Assembly: GCF_963921235.1 (NCBI RefSeq)
Contig: NC_086097.1
Span: forward strand, 62,250,001 to 62,314,000
Source of the DNA: Mobula hypostoma
Taxonomy: Eukaryota
Reading direction: 5' to 3'
DNA length: 64,000 bases
Under the pieces are notes generated by a model that did not search any database, was not told the DNA's origin, and saw nothing but the letters and a program-made list of their open reading frames with translations. Positions within the stretch are counted from its first letter, which is position 1. Each line of letters begins with the position of its first letter. A program made the position numbers and the translations under genes. Shown piece by piece: positions 25,470 to 38,272 of this stretch.

Positions 25470-26308
25470 TAGGTGGACAATTTCCTTTTTGTGTATCAGA
25501 ACTCTGTTCATGTGATGACAAATCAAACACCAGCAATGCTGTTCGTGAGCAGAAATCTGAGATCTCGCTTACACCTCCTGAAACCAGACCTGTGCAGAAT
25601 AAACATTTCATCCAGTTTCCAAATGAAGCAGCAAGGAGCTTTGAGATTGGACAGGATGTCCTAGCGTGTGACTACTGAGAAGACAGGTGGATCCCCGGTA
25701 GGTTAGCTACATGAACTGGACCACTGATGTACACAGTGGATGTTGAAGATCCTACATGGTGATGTCATGTGAACCAGATACTGGATGTTCAACTGAAGAA
25801 TGCACCTGAGTTGACTGCATCCAACAGGATAGACACAATACAGTCACTGGACTTACCTTTCAGTGATGATCATGTCACTCACAGCAACATGACACCAGCA
25901 ACTGAGAACATTGTCATAGTCAAGACAGCGGCCAATCCTGATGCCACTCCACAGGTCCAGAGCCACTATCCTGAAAGAAGCAGAGCGGTACCCAAATGAC
26001 TGAACCTTTAGAACTGTGAAGTTAGTTATGGATTGTTATTGTGAAACCATGTTTATTTGAATATAGATTGTGAAAGGAAAATTGAATGTTTTCTGCATAT
26101 ACAGTTTTATATTACATTCACCTAAAGGGGGAAGAATGTATGGTTCTATTTCTTTTCAAGCAATGACTCCCCTTAGCACAATGTATGACCTGTTGTCTAC
26201 GCATGGGCATTGTTCTCTGTCTTTAGCTGCAATGTAAAATAGAGCAGCTAAAGCCATGCCCTATGTGTGTGCTTTTATTTATTTGATATGTGGTTGCAAG
26301 ACACAACA
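25470..26308 (+). mobile_element. Gypsy 3' end (integrase C-terminus, PPT, short LTR about 26137-26308)
   Basis: Paralogous to 30250-31707; TPAMLFVSRNLRSRLHLLKP motif; AAAGGGGGAAGAA PPT before TG. Confidence 0.8.
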
Positions 26309-26319
26309 ATAATAGCCCT

Positions 26320-26975
26320 AGCTTGTTCTACCTATCTTCTAATCCAGGCAGCATCCTGGTAAAGCTCCTCTGCACCCACTTTAAAGTGTCTGCATTGTTC
26401 CTATGATGAGACCACCAGAACTGAACACAATACCCCAAGTGTGGTCTAACCAGAGGTTTACAGAGCTGAAACATCACCTCATGGCTCTTGGACACAATCC
26501 CTTGACCAATGAAGGCCAACAATCTTTACACCTTCTTAAACACCCTATCTGCTTTTTGATATGTTTTCTTTTGCTTCCTTCTTCTTATTTTATACTTATG
26601 ATTTTAATACTTTACAGTTTAGTCCATGAACAATCATTTCCATTGGTAGGTGAGACTAGAACTAGGGGACATTGCCTCAAGATTCAGGGGAGAAGATTTA
26701 GGACGGAGATGAAGAGAAACTGTTTTTCCCAGAGAGTGGTGAATCTGTGGAATTCTGTGCCCAGGGAAGCAGTCGAGGCTCCTTCACTAAATCTACTTAA
26801 TAAACAGTTAGATAGATTTTTACATAGTAGGGGAATTAAGGGTTATGGAGAAAAGGCAGGTAGATGGAGCTGAGTTTACGGACAGATCAGCCATGATCTT
26901 ATCGAATGGAAGGGCAGGCTCAATAGGCCAGATGGCCTACTCCTGCTCCTATTTCTTATGTTCTTATGTTCTTAT
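26320..26975. mobile_element. Two CR1 pieces: RT fragment (about 26320-26550, minus) and 3' end with (TTCTTATG)n tail (about 26632-26975, plus)
   Basis: ORF 26328-26522 LVRPHLGYCVQFW; TRGHCLKI...FSQRVVNLWNS; octamer tail. Confidence 0.85.
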
Positions 26976-29002
26976 TAAAATAATTGATATTTTCTTTCAT
27001 TTTAAAATGCATTAGATGCCCTAAATACCAGTATCTTTGACAACAGCAAGCTGTCAGAGACTGTCATGGGAGTCTGGAGGTTAAGGCTTCAGGCTGTCAG
27101 ATGAGGCCTGCTCCTCATCATGGTGAGAGCCTCCAGAACAGCTCATGAGGAGGTAACAGAAAGTGTCACAGACAAGGTCACATAGAGAGAGAGTACAAGG
27201 CAGACAAAAAGCACAACCGAGTGAGAAGTCACAAACACAAAAGTAAGCAAATGCATAAAGTTACCAAATGCAAAACAGAGTTGGACAGCAAAGAGTCTGA
27301 CAAAGGTGAACTGTCATGCCTAGGACTACATAGTATAACTGACGCAGTTAATAAGTTCATCTGGATCACGATAAATGTGTCTGGTGTAAAACTGAAAATG
27401 GAACTGGATACTTGATCAGCTTTGTCCATAATTCCAGAGGCTGAGTATAGCAGACTGTTTTCTAAGATACCATTAGAGAAGACCTCAGTGGTGCTATAGA
27501 CTTACACAGGCAAAAAAAGTGTCTCCCAAAGGCAAACTGAAAGTAAATGTGAAGAATGGAAGCAAAACACAGCAGTTAGAGCTTTGTGTGTTGAAAAGTG
27601 GAGGCGAGCACTATTCAGATGTGAATGGTTGAGAAAAATCCAACAACACTGGCACTCAGTCAAAGCTATCAGCATGACATCAACAGGCAACAGCAGCCCA
27701 AATGGTAGCACTAACCAGAGATTGGCACAGCTGCTAATGTAGATATATTTGAGAAGGGGATTGGTATCAAAGGCATGAAGGCCAGAACTGAACTGGATAA
27801 AGCTGCAACACCAAGATTTCATAAAGCACTTCCAATACCTTACTCACTATGTCCTAAAGTGGATGCAGAACTGCAGAACTTGGAGGCGTCTGGAAATCTC
27901 TCTGAGGTTGAGTGGACCAATTGGGCCATACCCATTGTCCCAGTGATCAAGCAAGGAAAGCCTGGAGCCATTCGCACATGTGAGGATTTCAGGTTGAGCA
28001 TCATCCTAGAGCTGCATACTGTCCAGAAATAGAAGACATTTTTACATCTTTGGCTGGTGGGGAGAGGTTTTCAAAGATTGACTTGTCACAAACCTACCTG
28101 CAAATGGAGATTGAGGAGTCAAGCAGGAAGTTCCTCACAATCGACACTCACAAGGTACTGTTCCAGTATAATTGTCTCATCTTTGGCATGGCATCAGCTC
28201 CAATAATTTGGTAAAGATCAATAGACCAAGTGCTCCAAGATATCCCAGGAACACAATGTTACCTAGAGGACATCATTGTGACTGACAAGAATGATGAAGA
28301 GCACCTCCAGAACCTTGGGAAGGGGCTTACCAGGCTGAGTGAGTATGGTCTGCGTGCAAAGAGAAAGAAATGAGAGTTTTTCAAGAATGGAATCTCATGT
28401 ATGTCATTAACAATCATGGCTTACAGAAGTCACAATAGAAGACTGAAGCATTGCTACAGGTACCCAAACCAGAAAATGTGTCACAACTTAGGACATACTT
28501 GGGCCTTGTAAATTACCACCACTGATTTCTCCCAAACATTGCTACAGGGCTGCACCCATTGAATGCACTGTTACAGACAGGAGCAAAGTGGGAATGGAAT
28601 GTCTGATGTCATTTTTCTTCATAAACACCTGGAATTCTTATGATTTGTATTATACCTAGGAGCCCATTCCTATGGAATAGAGTCCAAGGGTACCAAACAA
28701 TGCAGCAATGGCGATGGCTTCTCGGGTCTTCCATTATTGGCAACTGAAGAAGAAAAGTTTTCATACTGGGACCCAGCTGAAATGTTCCACACCTCATTGG
28801 TGGACCAGTTGCCGGTATCAAATACTGAAATTTAGAGGGAGACAAGGAATGACCCGTCATTGTCAAAGGTCTATGAAATCACCACACAAGGACGCCCAGC
28901 TTATGGTAACCCTATGTTTCTGGACTTCTCAGTGAGATGAGACCAACTGTTGGTATGTCGAAGAATGCTGATGTGTGGATCTCGTGTTGTGGTTCCCTCT
29001 AA

Positions 29003-29700
29003 AGGAGGGGAGGAGAAGATGGCGGCGCTACGCAGCGTACGCGGCCGCTCCGAAAGTATATCATATTTGTTAAATAGGGGCCGTGCACAATCCTGATTTG
29101 ATGGAGACAGATGTGAGAAGCACGGAGGAACATCTGGAGAAACTTCTGAAATGCCCACTTCGCTGCCGCTGCAACTGTGCGATCGAGGATCTCCGGAGGG
29201 AAAGGCCCCAAATCCTCGGCTTTGCCTGTTGCCTGTGGCTGGGGCCGGGGTCGAAGCGCTCTGCAGAAATGGTGCTTGGTGCTCAGTGTCGGAGGGCTGA
29301 TCGGAGGCTCGAAGTTTTCGGACGGACTCAAGAGTTGGCTGTGGTTGGGTGCTTCCACGATGCTGCATCGGCAAGTTTGCGGCGCTGGAAGCTCATGGCA
29401 GTGAAAGTTTTTCTTCCTTGTCCGTCTGCGTGAGATGATGGGACTTTCGAGGGACTTTGAGACTTTTTTTACTGTGCCCATGGTCTGTTCTTCATCAAAT
29501 TACGGTATTGCTTTGCACTGTTGTAACTATATGTTATAATTATGTGGTTTTTGTCAGTTTTTTAATCTTGGTTTGTCTTGTGTTTCTGTGATATCATACT
29601 GGAGAAACATTGTATCATTTCTTAATGCATGCATTACTAAATGACAATAAAAGAGGACTGCGTGTCCTCATAATCTAAATCTAATCTAATCTTCTAATCT
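29003..29700 (+). mobile_element. Non-autonomous non-LTR element, GC-rich 5' end with AAGATGGCG and (AATCT)n tail
   Basis: Homologous over its length to 42743-43415; interrupts Gypsy pol. Confidence 0.8.
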
Positions 29701-30854
29701 ATACTGTGCACCAGAGTGTTATAGAATCTGCCTGAAGGACACCTGGGTACAGTCAAGCTGAAGAGTCTCTCCCAGTGTTACATGTAGTGGCCAGGAATAG
29801 ATAAACAGATTGAATACCCGTGCAAAAGCTGTTCGGAATGCCAGAAAGTTCTATATGCTCCTCCAAAGGCACCGTTACACCCATGAGAGTGGCCATCTTC
29901 ACCATGACAAAGAGTACATATTGACTTTGCTAGGCCATTCATGGACTCCATGTTTCTGATTGCTGTGGATACTCATTCAAAGTGGCTGGTGGTTATACCA
30001 ATGACGTCAACCACCTCAGCAAAGACTCCGTCCTGAAGACCATCATCGCCAGAAATAGTTTACCAGAACAAATTGTAAGTGACAGCAGACCACAATACAT
30101 GTCCGAAGAATTCCGACCATTCATGAAGACAAATGTCATTAGTCAGCTCCTCGCCATCCAGTAACAAATTGGTTAGCAAAATGGTTTATCCAAAACTTCA
30201 AGCAGTCCATTAAAGTGATGGACAAGGAGAATATTTCTCTACAGCACAAGGTGGACAACTTCCTTTTTGTGTATCGGAACTCTGTTTATGAAAAGACAAA
30301 TCAAACACTTGCAATGCTGTTCATGAACAGAAATCTGAAATCTCGCATAGACCTCCTGAAACCAGACCTGCAGAGGGAAGTTTAGAATAAACAGTTCAGC
30401 TAGTTGCCAAGTGAAGCAGTAAGGAGTTTCAAGGTTGGACAGGAAGTCTTATTGCGTGATCACTGAGAAGAAAATTGGACATCCAGTAGGATAGCTACAA
30501 GAACTGGAACACTGATGTGGAGATCAGACATGGAGATATCATGTGGACCAGATACAGGATGTTCAACTGAAGAACACACCTGAGTCGACTGCATCCAACA
30601 AGACGGACACATTACAGTCACTAGACTTACCTCCTCAGAGATGATACCACTGGCAGCAACGAGACACGGGAAACCGAGAATGTTGTCTTAGACAAGCCAT
30701 CTGCCAAATCCTTATAACTGGTGTACTCAGGTGAGGCAGAGGGAGAAAGAACAATGCACATGGGTAGACAATAGCACAATGCACAGACAGCAAATCAATA
30801 TGTAGTGCTACAGGGTTGGTCATTGCTTTAAAAGAATTAGATCCATACATTACA

Positions 30855-31372
30855 GGAACAACACCTTATATTCCGTCTGGGTAGCCTCCAACCTGATGGC
30901 ATGAACATTGACTTCTCAAACTTTTGCTAATGCCCCACCTCCCCCTCGTACCCCCTCCGTTATTTATTTATATACACACATTCTTTTTTTCTTTCTCTCC
31001 TTTTCTTCCTCTGTCCCCCTCACTATACCCCTTGCCCATCCTCTGGTTTCCCCCCTCCCCCTTTTCTTTCTCCCTAGGCCTCCTGTCCCATGATCCTCTC
31101 ATATCCCTTTTGCCAATCACCTGTCCAGCTCTTGGCTCCATCCCTCCCCCTCCTGTCTTCTCCTATCATTTTGGATCTCCCCCTCCCCCTCCCCCTCCCA
31201 ATTTCAAATCTCTTACTAGCTCTTCTTTCTTTCAGTTAGTCCTGATGGAGGGTCTCGGCCCAAAACATCGACTGTACCTCTTCCTAGAGATGCTGCCTGG
31301 CCTGCTGCGCTCACCAGCAACTTTTCTGTGTGTTGCTTGAAATTCCAGCATCTGCAGATTTCCTCGTGTTTG
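30855..31372 (+). mobile_element. Penelope-like element 3' end (GIY-YIG C-terminus + pseudo-LTR with degenerate hammerhead)
   Basis: EQHLIFRLGSLQPDGMNIDFSNF; CT-rich tract; GTCCTGATGGAGGGTCTCGGCCCAAAACATCGAC. Confidence 0.85.
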
Positions 31373-33167
31373 CATCTGCCAAATCTGATGCCATACCATG
31401 GGTTCAGAGGTGCTATCCTGAAAGAAACAGTGCGCCATCCAAAGGACTGAACCTTTAAAGCTGTGAGATTAGTTACAGACTGTTATTGTTTATTTGGAAT
31501 ATGGGTTTATTAAAGTGAAATTTAATGATTTGTACATATACAGTTTTATGTTGCATTAATCTAAAGGGGGAGAAAGTGTAATGTATGGATCTAGTTCTTT
31601 TAAAGCAATGACCAACCCTATAACACTACATATTGATTTGCTGTCTGTGCCATCTCCCGTGTGTGTGCTTTTATTTAATTGATATGTAGTTGTGCACAGG
31701 CACAAACGCAGCCCTTCTTCTTTACAGCATGGTAGTGTCAGCCTAGATTGCACAGTCTAGTTCCTGGAATGGGACTTTAACCCACAGCCTTTCAAACCAA
31801 AATCTACAGCTGATCTGATCATGAAGGGACATCCTGATTGGTTAAGCCATATTGAATTCAATAGCACTCTAGAAATATGAAAGCAGTTTCCTGGTGGTCT
31901 TCGAAAGAAGTTTCACTGAGATGGTGTAGATGCCCACTTCCAGAAATAATTTTGGAAATCATGGCAAAATAAAAGAAAATCCATGAAGAGATTTTGCACT
32001 GTGCAGTTTGCCGCAGTGCAGAGGACTTGTAAATGACAGCAGAGAAACCAGACGTGAAAGATCAAATATTCCATCTTAGTAGATCCAGATCATGCTTAAA
32101 TATACAGGCACATATTCCAAGAAAATATATGTCCTGTCAGTCATTAAAAATGTCACTTCAATAAAGAACTGTTTGGACCAGTGCTCAGCAAGTTAGTTAG
32201 CCGAGGGAAAAGAAAAGCATGCCAAGTCATGCAGTCAGAGCTGGAGAGATCCATGTCAACTCTTCTATTAATTTGTAGAGCACATGCTCTGAGATTTCAC
32301 AGAGTGGAGAATGCCAGAGGGTATTCCTGTACAAATTTGACAAGCTTCTATAAACACAGTTTATTTAAGAGGGAATATTACAGCTTACATGACAGCCACA
32401 TCACTATGCTTCTTTTCCATTAGCCCTTTTCTACTTGAGAACTAAGGTCTCAATTTTAATTGCAGGAAATGTACATGCAAAGCACCCTTAATGCAGCAGA
32501 CCAAGCCCAGCGAGATGTCAGATCCCAGGCATCAGTTGCAAAGAGCTCGCCAGTTGCCCTGGTGAGGGGTTCCAGCGCGAACGTCAGCTGCTTATTCTCC
32601 TCCAAAGATGGTGGATAACCTGGGGACTTCCACCAGCAGTTCTGTGTGTGTATATGTCACCCCAGCTGAGGTGGGCTGAGAGTGCCAAGAAACCGGTAGA
32701 CAGAGACAGAGGTTGGGAGCAGGAAACTGAAGGCAGCAGCCACGGAAAAGTTAACGGTTTACCGGTACTTTACTGAAAAGAGGGTTGATAGACAAGAATG
32801 CTGGGACAGGGAAAACCTATATATTCAAATGCAAGCAACAAAAGGGGAAATCACCTAAAGAACCACAGCAGACTGCTCCAAAAACCTAACATGAACCGTA
32901 TCATGTGGTGCTTTGAGGAAGACCAATACACCTCCTCATGGTCCGAAAGAATCTCACACTCTGTTGATTTTTCAACTTTTGCCCCCACCCCATATTCCTG
33001 TTACTTAGGTTCTGGAGGCATACGAGTTCCAACTGCCCACACCCCCAAATATCACCTCACAAAAGCTGAGGAGCTGCCTGCCAGCATGCATTCAACACTG
33101 AAAGCTCACTGTGAATGCCCCCATGTAATTCAAATGCACACAGTCGTTGATGCTCTCAAGCAGAGAG

Positions 33168-33786
33168 CAGACATCCCACCCTGCAAAAATTCATTTCAGG
33201 GAGGTAGCACCCTCGCCCCCCGCAACACCATATCCCCCCCCCACCCCCAGTCAACCTCCAAGGGTGTATGTATGCAGAAAATGTGACATTAAAATATGTA
33301 CATATATTATACTATCATGTTTATTCTATTACAACTTTAAGCAAGTCTACAGGGAGTTTGGCTCATCATGTAGGACATCAATAGAGTAGCTCCTTAGCAG
33401 CTAGCCAGCTAGTTTAAATAACGTTAGCTATGCTAATGAACGAATGAGACCTGTTAAACTCATCTCAACACGTATTTTACATTTTAACCCACCATGGGCA
33501 ATAGAAAAGTCACTGTTGCAAACAGTGCAGCGAGCAACACTGTCATTATTTTTGAGGTTGACTGTAAAGCCCGCCCACAGAGAAAACTGATAGGTCTACT
33601 TAACACGATGAGAGACCAATCAGGATACTCGCTCTTACCCTCCCTCTCCCTCTCCGTCGCTCTCGCTCTTCCTCTCACTCTCAAAAAAATCGATTTGTGG
33701 GATATTATATATAATTTCCGGGCATCAGGGAGCCACTATCAATATGTGGGAGACTCCCGGATCTTCCGGGAGAGGTGGGATGTCTG
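33168..33786 (-). mobile_element. Non-autonomous hAT-like DNA transposon
   Basis: TIRs CAGACATCCCACC...GGTGGGATGTCTG; inverted homolog of 35665-36285. Confidence 0.8.
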
Positions 33787-34084
33787 AAAGAACAGAGCCT
33801 AAACACCTACCTCTCAGATACACACGAAGATTGTGTCTGAATACTGGATGGATATTTGTCAGAATTATTTCCTGGGCAATGATCAGAAACAAGAGATGGA
33901 GAAGCAGGGTGGTTTCGGTAAAGTAAGGAACCCCAGGTACCTTAGCACTATATATACAGATAGATGGAAGCAATGTGATCAATACAATGTGATGTGTTAT
34001 TGGAGAGGTTGGCATCTAGTAGTCTGTATCGATATACCATGGGCCAGACCTACTGAAGTCACCCTCTGTCAGCAAATAAAACAT

Positions 34085-34280
34085 CAAACAAGAGAAAATC
34101 TGTAGATGTTGGAAATCCGAGCAACACACACACAAAATGGTGGAGGAACTCAGCAGGCCAGGCAGCATCTATGGAAAAGATGTCTTCCTGCCAAAGGATT
34201 TCGGCCCAAATCATTGACTGTACTCATTTCCATAGATGTTGCTTGGCCTGCTGAGTTCCTTCAGCATTTTGTGTGTGTTG
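34085..34280. mobile_element. Penelope-derived hairpin mini-element
   Basis: Inverted arms around a degenerate hammerhead; 14-bp TSD AGCAAATAAAACAT (34071-34084 / 34281-34294). Confidence 0.8.
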
Positions 34281-35664
34281 AGCAAATAAAACATGTCTGC
34301 CTCAACCTTCCAAACTTTAGCTTAGACCATTACAACAGAAGTCAGAGGTATTCTTGTGTGTAATGATGAACATTTCTCTCCTAGAGCCTGTGTTTAAGGA
34401 AAGCAAGTATTTAACTGGCATTACACAACACTGAGCTTGGAGGGTCATTTAGAATGCAATGAATGTTTAGATCAATGACAAACATGGTGTCTTCAGAAAA
34501 AATCCAACAGAATCATTTTACCCTTTCTTTGGCCTCTCAGGACCTTTAGGGGAACTTCAAGAAGCTTACAACCATATTGCTGACAGCAGACCTATAAAGT
34601 GTGAGCAACAGATGGGAGAGAAATTTGTAACTATCTTATGTCTTTTGCACTCTCTTTCAACTCTCCCAATCTCCTCTCATATATGTGCCAAGCTGAGAAG
34701 AAGGCCCTCTGGTACCAGACCAAGTAAGGAAGGATAGGTTAGACAATTAAGTGACAATGGCACTTAATCATTACTGGAAATTCCAACATTTTTTATTATT
34801 ATTTGTACTCTTTCAACAAGTCCCTCATGTTTCTCCTTAACATTCTGCAATACCCTGAATAAAGCATTAATAGAAATTACAGACATTAAATAAGTCACCA
34901 TTTTCAAAACTATTACTTTGTTGATTCACAACTAAAATTTGAATATATTTATTCTCCCTTCATTTCGACTGATCTGCCATCTGCTTCCAGTATTTTCTCT
35001 TTTTATTGCTACATTTCCAAACACCACTTAGGTAAATTTAAATATCCATTAAAGCAGAAAGCGATATAATCTACAATGAATTCAGCTAAATAACATTGCA
35101 ATATATTTATTGCACTCAATTTTTTAAGTGTTTCATTCCTAGCTAATTCTGAATAGAGTTTATACAACTGTGAACAAGTTTATAGCAAAACAGCTTACTG
35201 AAATATAAATTAAAACCATTCAGATCAGTCCCTTAATAGTAGTACTTTAATCTAATTAGTTATATCACAGCATTCATCCATACTGTTTGAGGAGTTATGG
35301 GGGCATAAACATATCATTGGTTGAATTTTGCTGACAAACTAATATTGCAAACATTGAGTGGTGTAACTTAGCCAGTAATTTACTATGAGGAAATAATCCA
35401 TGCATTCTGAATTGTTGTATGGTGCTAATATACACAAGCCTGCAGATAGTTTCTTGATCGCAGCATTGTGTCTTAATCACCCTATTGTTTACAATGCATA
35501 AATACAAGAGATTTTGCAAGTGCTGGAAATTCAAAGCAACACACAAAAAGTAAGATAGAAGAACTCAACAACTGAGGCAGCATCTATGCAGGGAAATAAA
35601 CGTTTCAGGCCAAGACCTTTCATCAGGACTCATTCAGTCCTGGTGAAGAGTCTCATCCCAAAAG

Positions 35665-36285
35665 CAGACATGCCACCTCTCCAGGAAGTTCTGGGAGTCT
35701 CCCACATATTAATAGTAGCTCCCTGATACCCGCAAATTATATACAATATCCAAGAAATCAATTTTTTTTGAGAACAAGCGAGAGAGAGAGAGCGAGAACA
35801 AGAGAGAGAGAGAGCGAGAACAAGAGAGAGCGTGAGAGAGAGCGAGAGAGCAGGCGCGAGAGCGACCACGAGAGAGAGAGAGAGAGAGAGAGAGAGCAAG
35901 CGCGCGGGCGGAAGAGAGAGAGAGAGAGAGAGCGCGCCATGGCAGAGTGTTCCAAAAAAAGAAAATATGAAACGTACGTCACCCCAGACTACCCTAAAGT
36001 GTACCCCTCCCTAGTAGGGGTCAAAAATAATGACAGTGTTGCTCGCTGCAATGTTTGCAACTTTTCTATTGCCCATGGTGGGTTAAGACTGTAAAAGACA
36101 TGTTGAGGTGAGTTTAACAGGTGTCATTTGTTCATTAGCATAGCTAATGTTATTTAAACTAGCTGGCTAGCTGCTAAGGAGCTACTCTATTGCAGACATT
36201 CCACCTCTTCAGGAAGTTCCGGAAGTCTCCCACAGATTGATGGTGCTACCTCCCTGAAATGAGTTTTTGCAGGGTGGGATGTCTG
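35665..36285 (+). mobile_element. Non-autonomous hAT-like DNA transposon with transposase N-terminal remnant and (AG)n tract
   Basis: TIRs CAGACAT.CCACC / GGTGGGATGTCTG; 6-bp TSD CAAAAG; MAECSKKRKY...ARCNVCNFSIAHGG zinc-finger-like start followed by GAG|GTGAGT donor; inserted in a Penelope-derived hairpin (about 35500-36350). Confidence 0.82.
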
Positions 36286-36455
36286 CAAAAGGCAACTGTT
36301 CATTTCCTTCCATGGATGTTGCCTGACTTGTTGAGTTTCTTCAGCATCCTGTGCGTTTTGATCAGGGCTATTGGATGTCTGTTTAATGATGTCAATAAAT
36401 CCACTCCTTCCTTAAAATATAAACAGCTGAAAATGTGGAAATTTGTTCTTTCAGG

Positions 36456-36743
36456 TGAAGAATTATTTAAGAGATTTTATTTATTTTATTATTTTTCTTT
36501 CTATCTCATTTTCCTTTCTCTATTAATGCAGTCAGTATTTTCCCAACTAATTTCTCTTTCTGTGCCTAATCTAACCTTTAATTTACCCATTTTACTCATG
36601 TACTTTCTTCTGTTTATTCATCATTCCTTTGATCTCATAAATAGAGGCAAGATATGTGTGATTGCCCCATTGGTCTCTATGATGCTCAATGGTCTGAAGC
36701 TGTCTATATTATCACCAGCCTGAAAAAAAGACCTTGAAATCTA
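36456..36743. repeat. 288-bp direct duplication, left copy
   Basis: Matches 39522-39809 with one substitution seen (GATGCTCAAT vs GATGTTCAAT). Confidence 0.95.
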
Positions 36744-38272
36744 TTAAAAGATTCCGGAAGTTTACCAAGTTTCAAAGAAGCCTCAAAAACCTTATAGAGC
36801 CAAGGAATCAATGAAGAAGCAAAACATTTATAAAATTCAACGGTAAACCCATCAGGGCCAGGAGCTTTCCCCAGATTCATAGAAAAAATAACATTCTTAA
36901 TCTCATCCATTGTAATGGAAGTATCTAATAAAGAAGACATATCCTGTGAAATCTGAGGGAAGTCTAACTTATCTAAAAAATCATTCATATATTTAGAATC
37001 TCGAGGAGACTCTGATTGATATAAAGAAGAATAAAAATCACAAAAGGTTTGATTAATCCCCACATGATCCAATATCAATCGATCATTTTGGTTATAAATC
37101 TGATTGATTTGAGATTTAACATAATTAGATTTCAATTGATTAGCCAGCAGCTTGCCAATTTTATCACTGTGAACATAAAAATCACTTCTTGTTTTCTTTA
37201 ATTGGTTTACAATCGAGGACGAGAGTAGTAAACTGTGTTCCATTTGAAGTTCAGTTCTTTGTTTGTATAGCTCCTCAGAAGGAGCCATAACATATTTCTT
37301 ATCAATTTCTTTAATCTTGTCCACAATTGCCATCTCCTCCTGCTTCTGTTTCTTCCTCAAAGCAACGGAATACGAAATAATCTGACCCCGAATATAGGCT
37401 TTAAAAGTGTCCCAAAGAGTGTTAACCGAAATATCTTCTGTATGGTTAATTGTAAAAAAAAGCTCAATCTGTTCATTCATAAAATTAACAAAGTCCGAGT
37501 CCTGAAGCAACAGCGAATTAAAACGCCATTGTCTATTGTTTGGTATATTGGCCATAATTTTAATAGAAAGCTTAAGTGGAGCATGATCCGAAATGGTTAT
37601 AGAATCATAATCACATTTAATCACTGAAGGAATGAGACGAGAATCAATAAAAAAATAATCAATTCTTGAATAGGAATGATGAACATGTGAAAAAAAGGAA
37701 AAATCTTTTTCCTGAGGATGCAGAAAACGCCAAATGTCCGTCGACCCAGAATCAGAAAGGAAAAAATTAATCAAATTTGCAGATTTATTAGGTAAAGTCC
37801 GTAAAGGAGCCGAACGGTCCAAAGCTGGAGATAAACAGGTATTAAGATCTCCGCCCCAAATCAATGAAAACTCGTTCAAATTCGGAAACTGATCAAACAA
37901 TGATTTATAAAATTCCGGACAATCCATATTAGGAGCATAAACATTAACCAAAACTACTTTTTTATTAAATAGTAAACCACTAACCAATAAAAATCTACCA
38001 TTCGGATCAGAGATAATATCCTGTTGTATAAAAGTAACTGAGGAGTCTATAAAAATAGAGACGCCTCGAATCTTAGCATTGGAGTTCGAATGAAATTGTT
38101 GTCCCTTCCAGAATTTGAAAAAACGTAGTCTGTCCCCCCTCCGTACATGGGTCTCTTGTAAAAATAAAATTTGTGCTTTAAGTCTCCGGAACACTTTAAA
38201 AACTTTTTTCCTTTTAATAGGATGATTAAGACCATTAGTATTCCAGGAGACAAAATTAATAATAGACTCCAT
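36744..38272 (-). pseudogene. L1 ORF2, intact APE endonuclease and linker, cut off at the start of RT
   Basis: Uninterrupted part of ORF 36704-38380; reads into the duplicated flank after LPESFNR. Confidence 0.9.

Larger units (their letters stand above)
27040..31707 (+). mobile_element. Decayed Gypsy element (protease, RT, RNase H, integrase, PPT, 3' LTR about 31577-31707) with two nested insertions
   Basis: KMELDT*SALSII protease, WAIPIVPVIK, FSKIDLSQTYLQ, CYLEDIIV, RVHIDFARPF motifs in canonical PR-RT-RH-INT order; PPT AAAGGGGGAGAAAG at 31563-31576. Confidence 0.9.

Noticed and set aside
35758..36014. RE/SL-repeat ORFs
   Set aside because: Translations of an (AG)n microsatellite inside the hAT-like element
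36259..36723. 154-aa hydrophobic ORF resembling a membrane protein
   Set aside because: T-rich composition crossing transposon, Penelope and duplicated-flank sequence; no family motif
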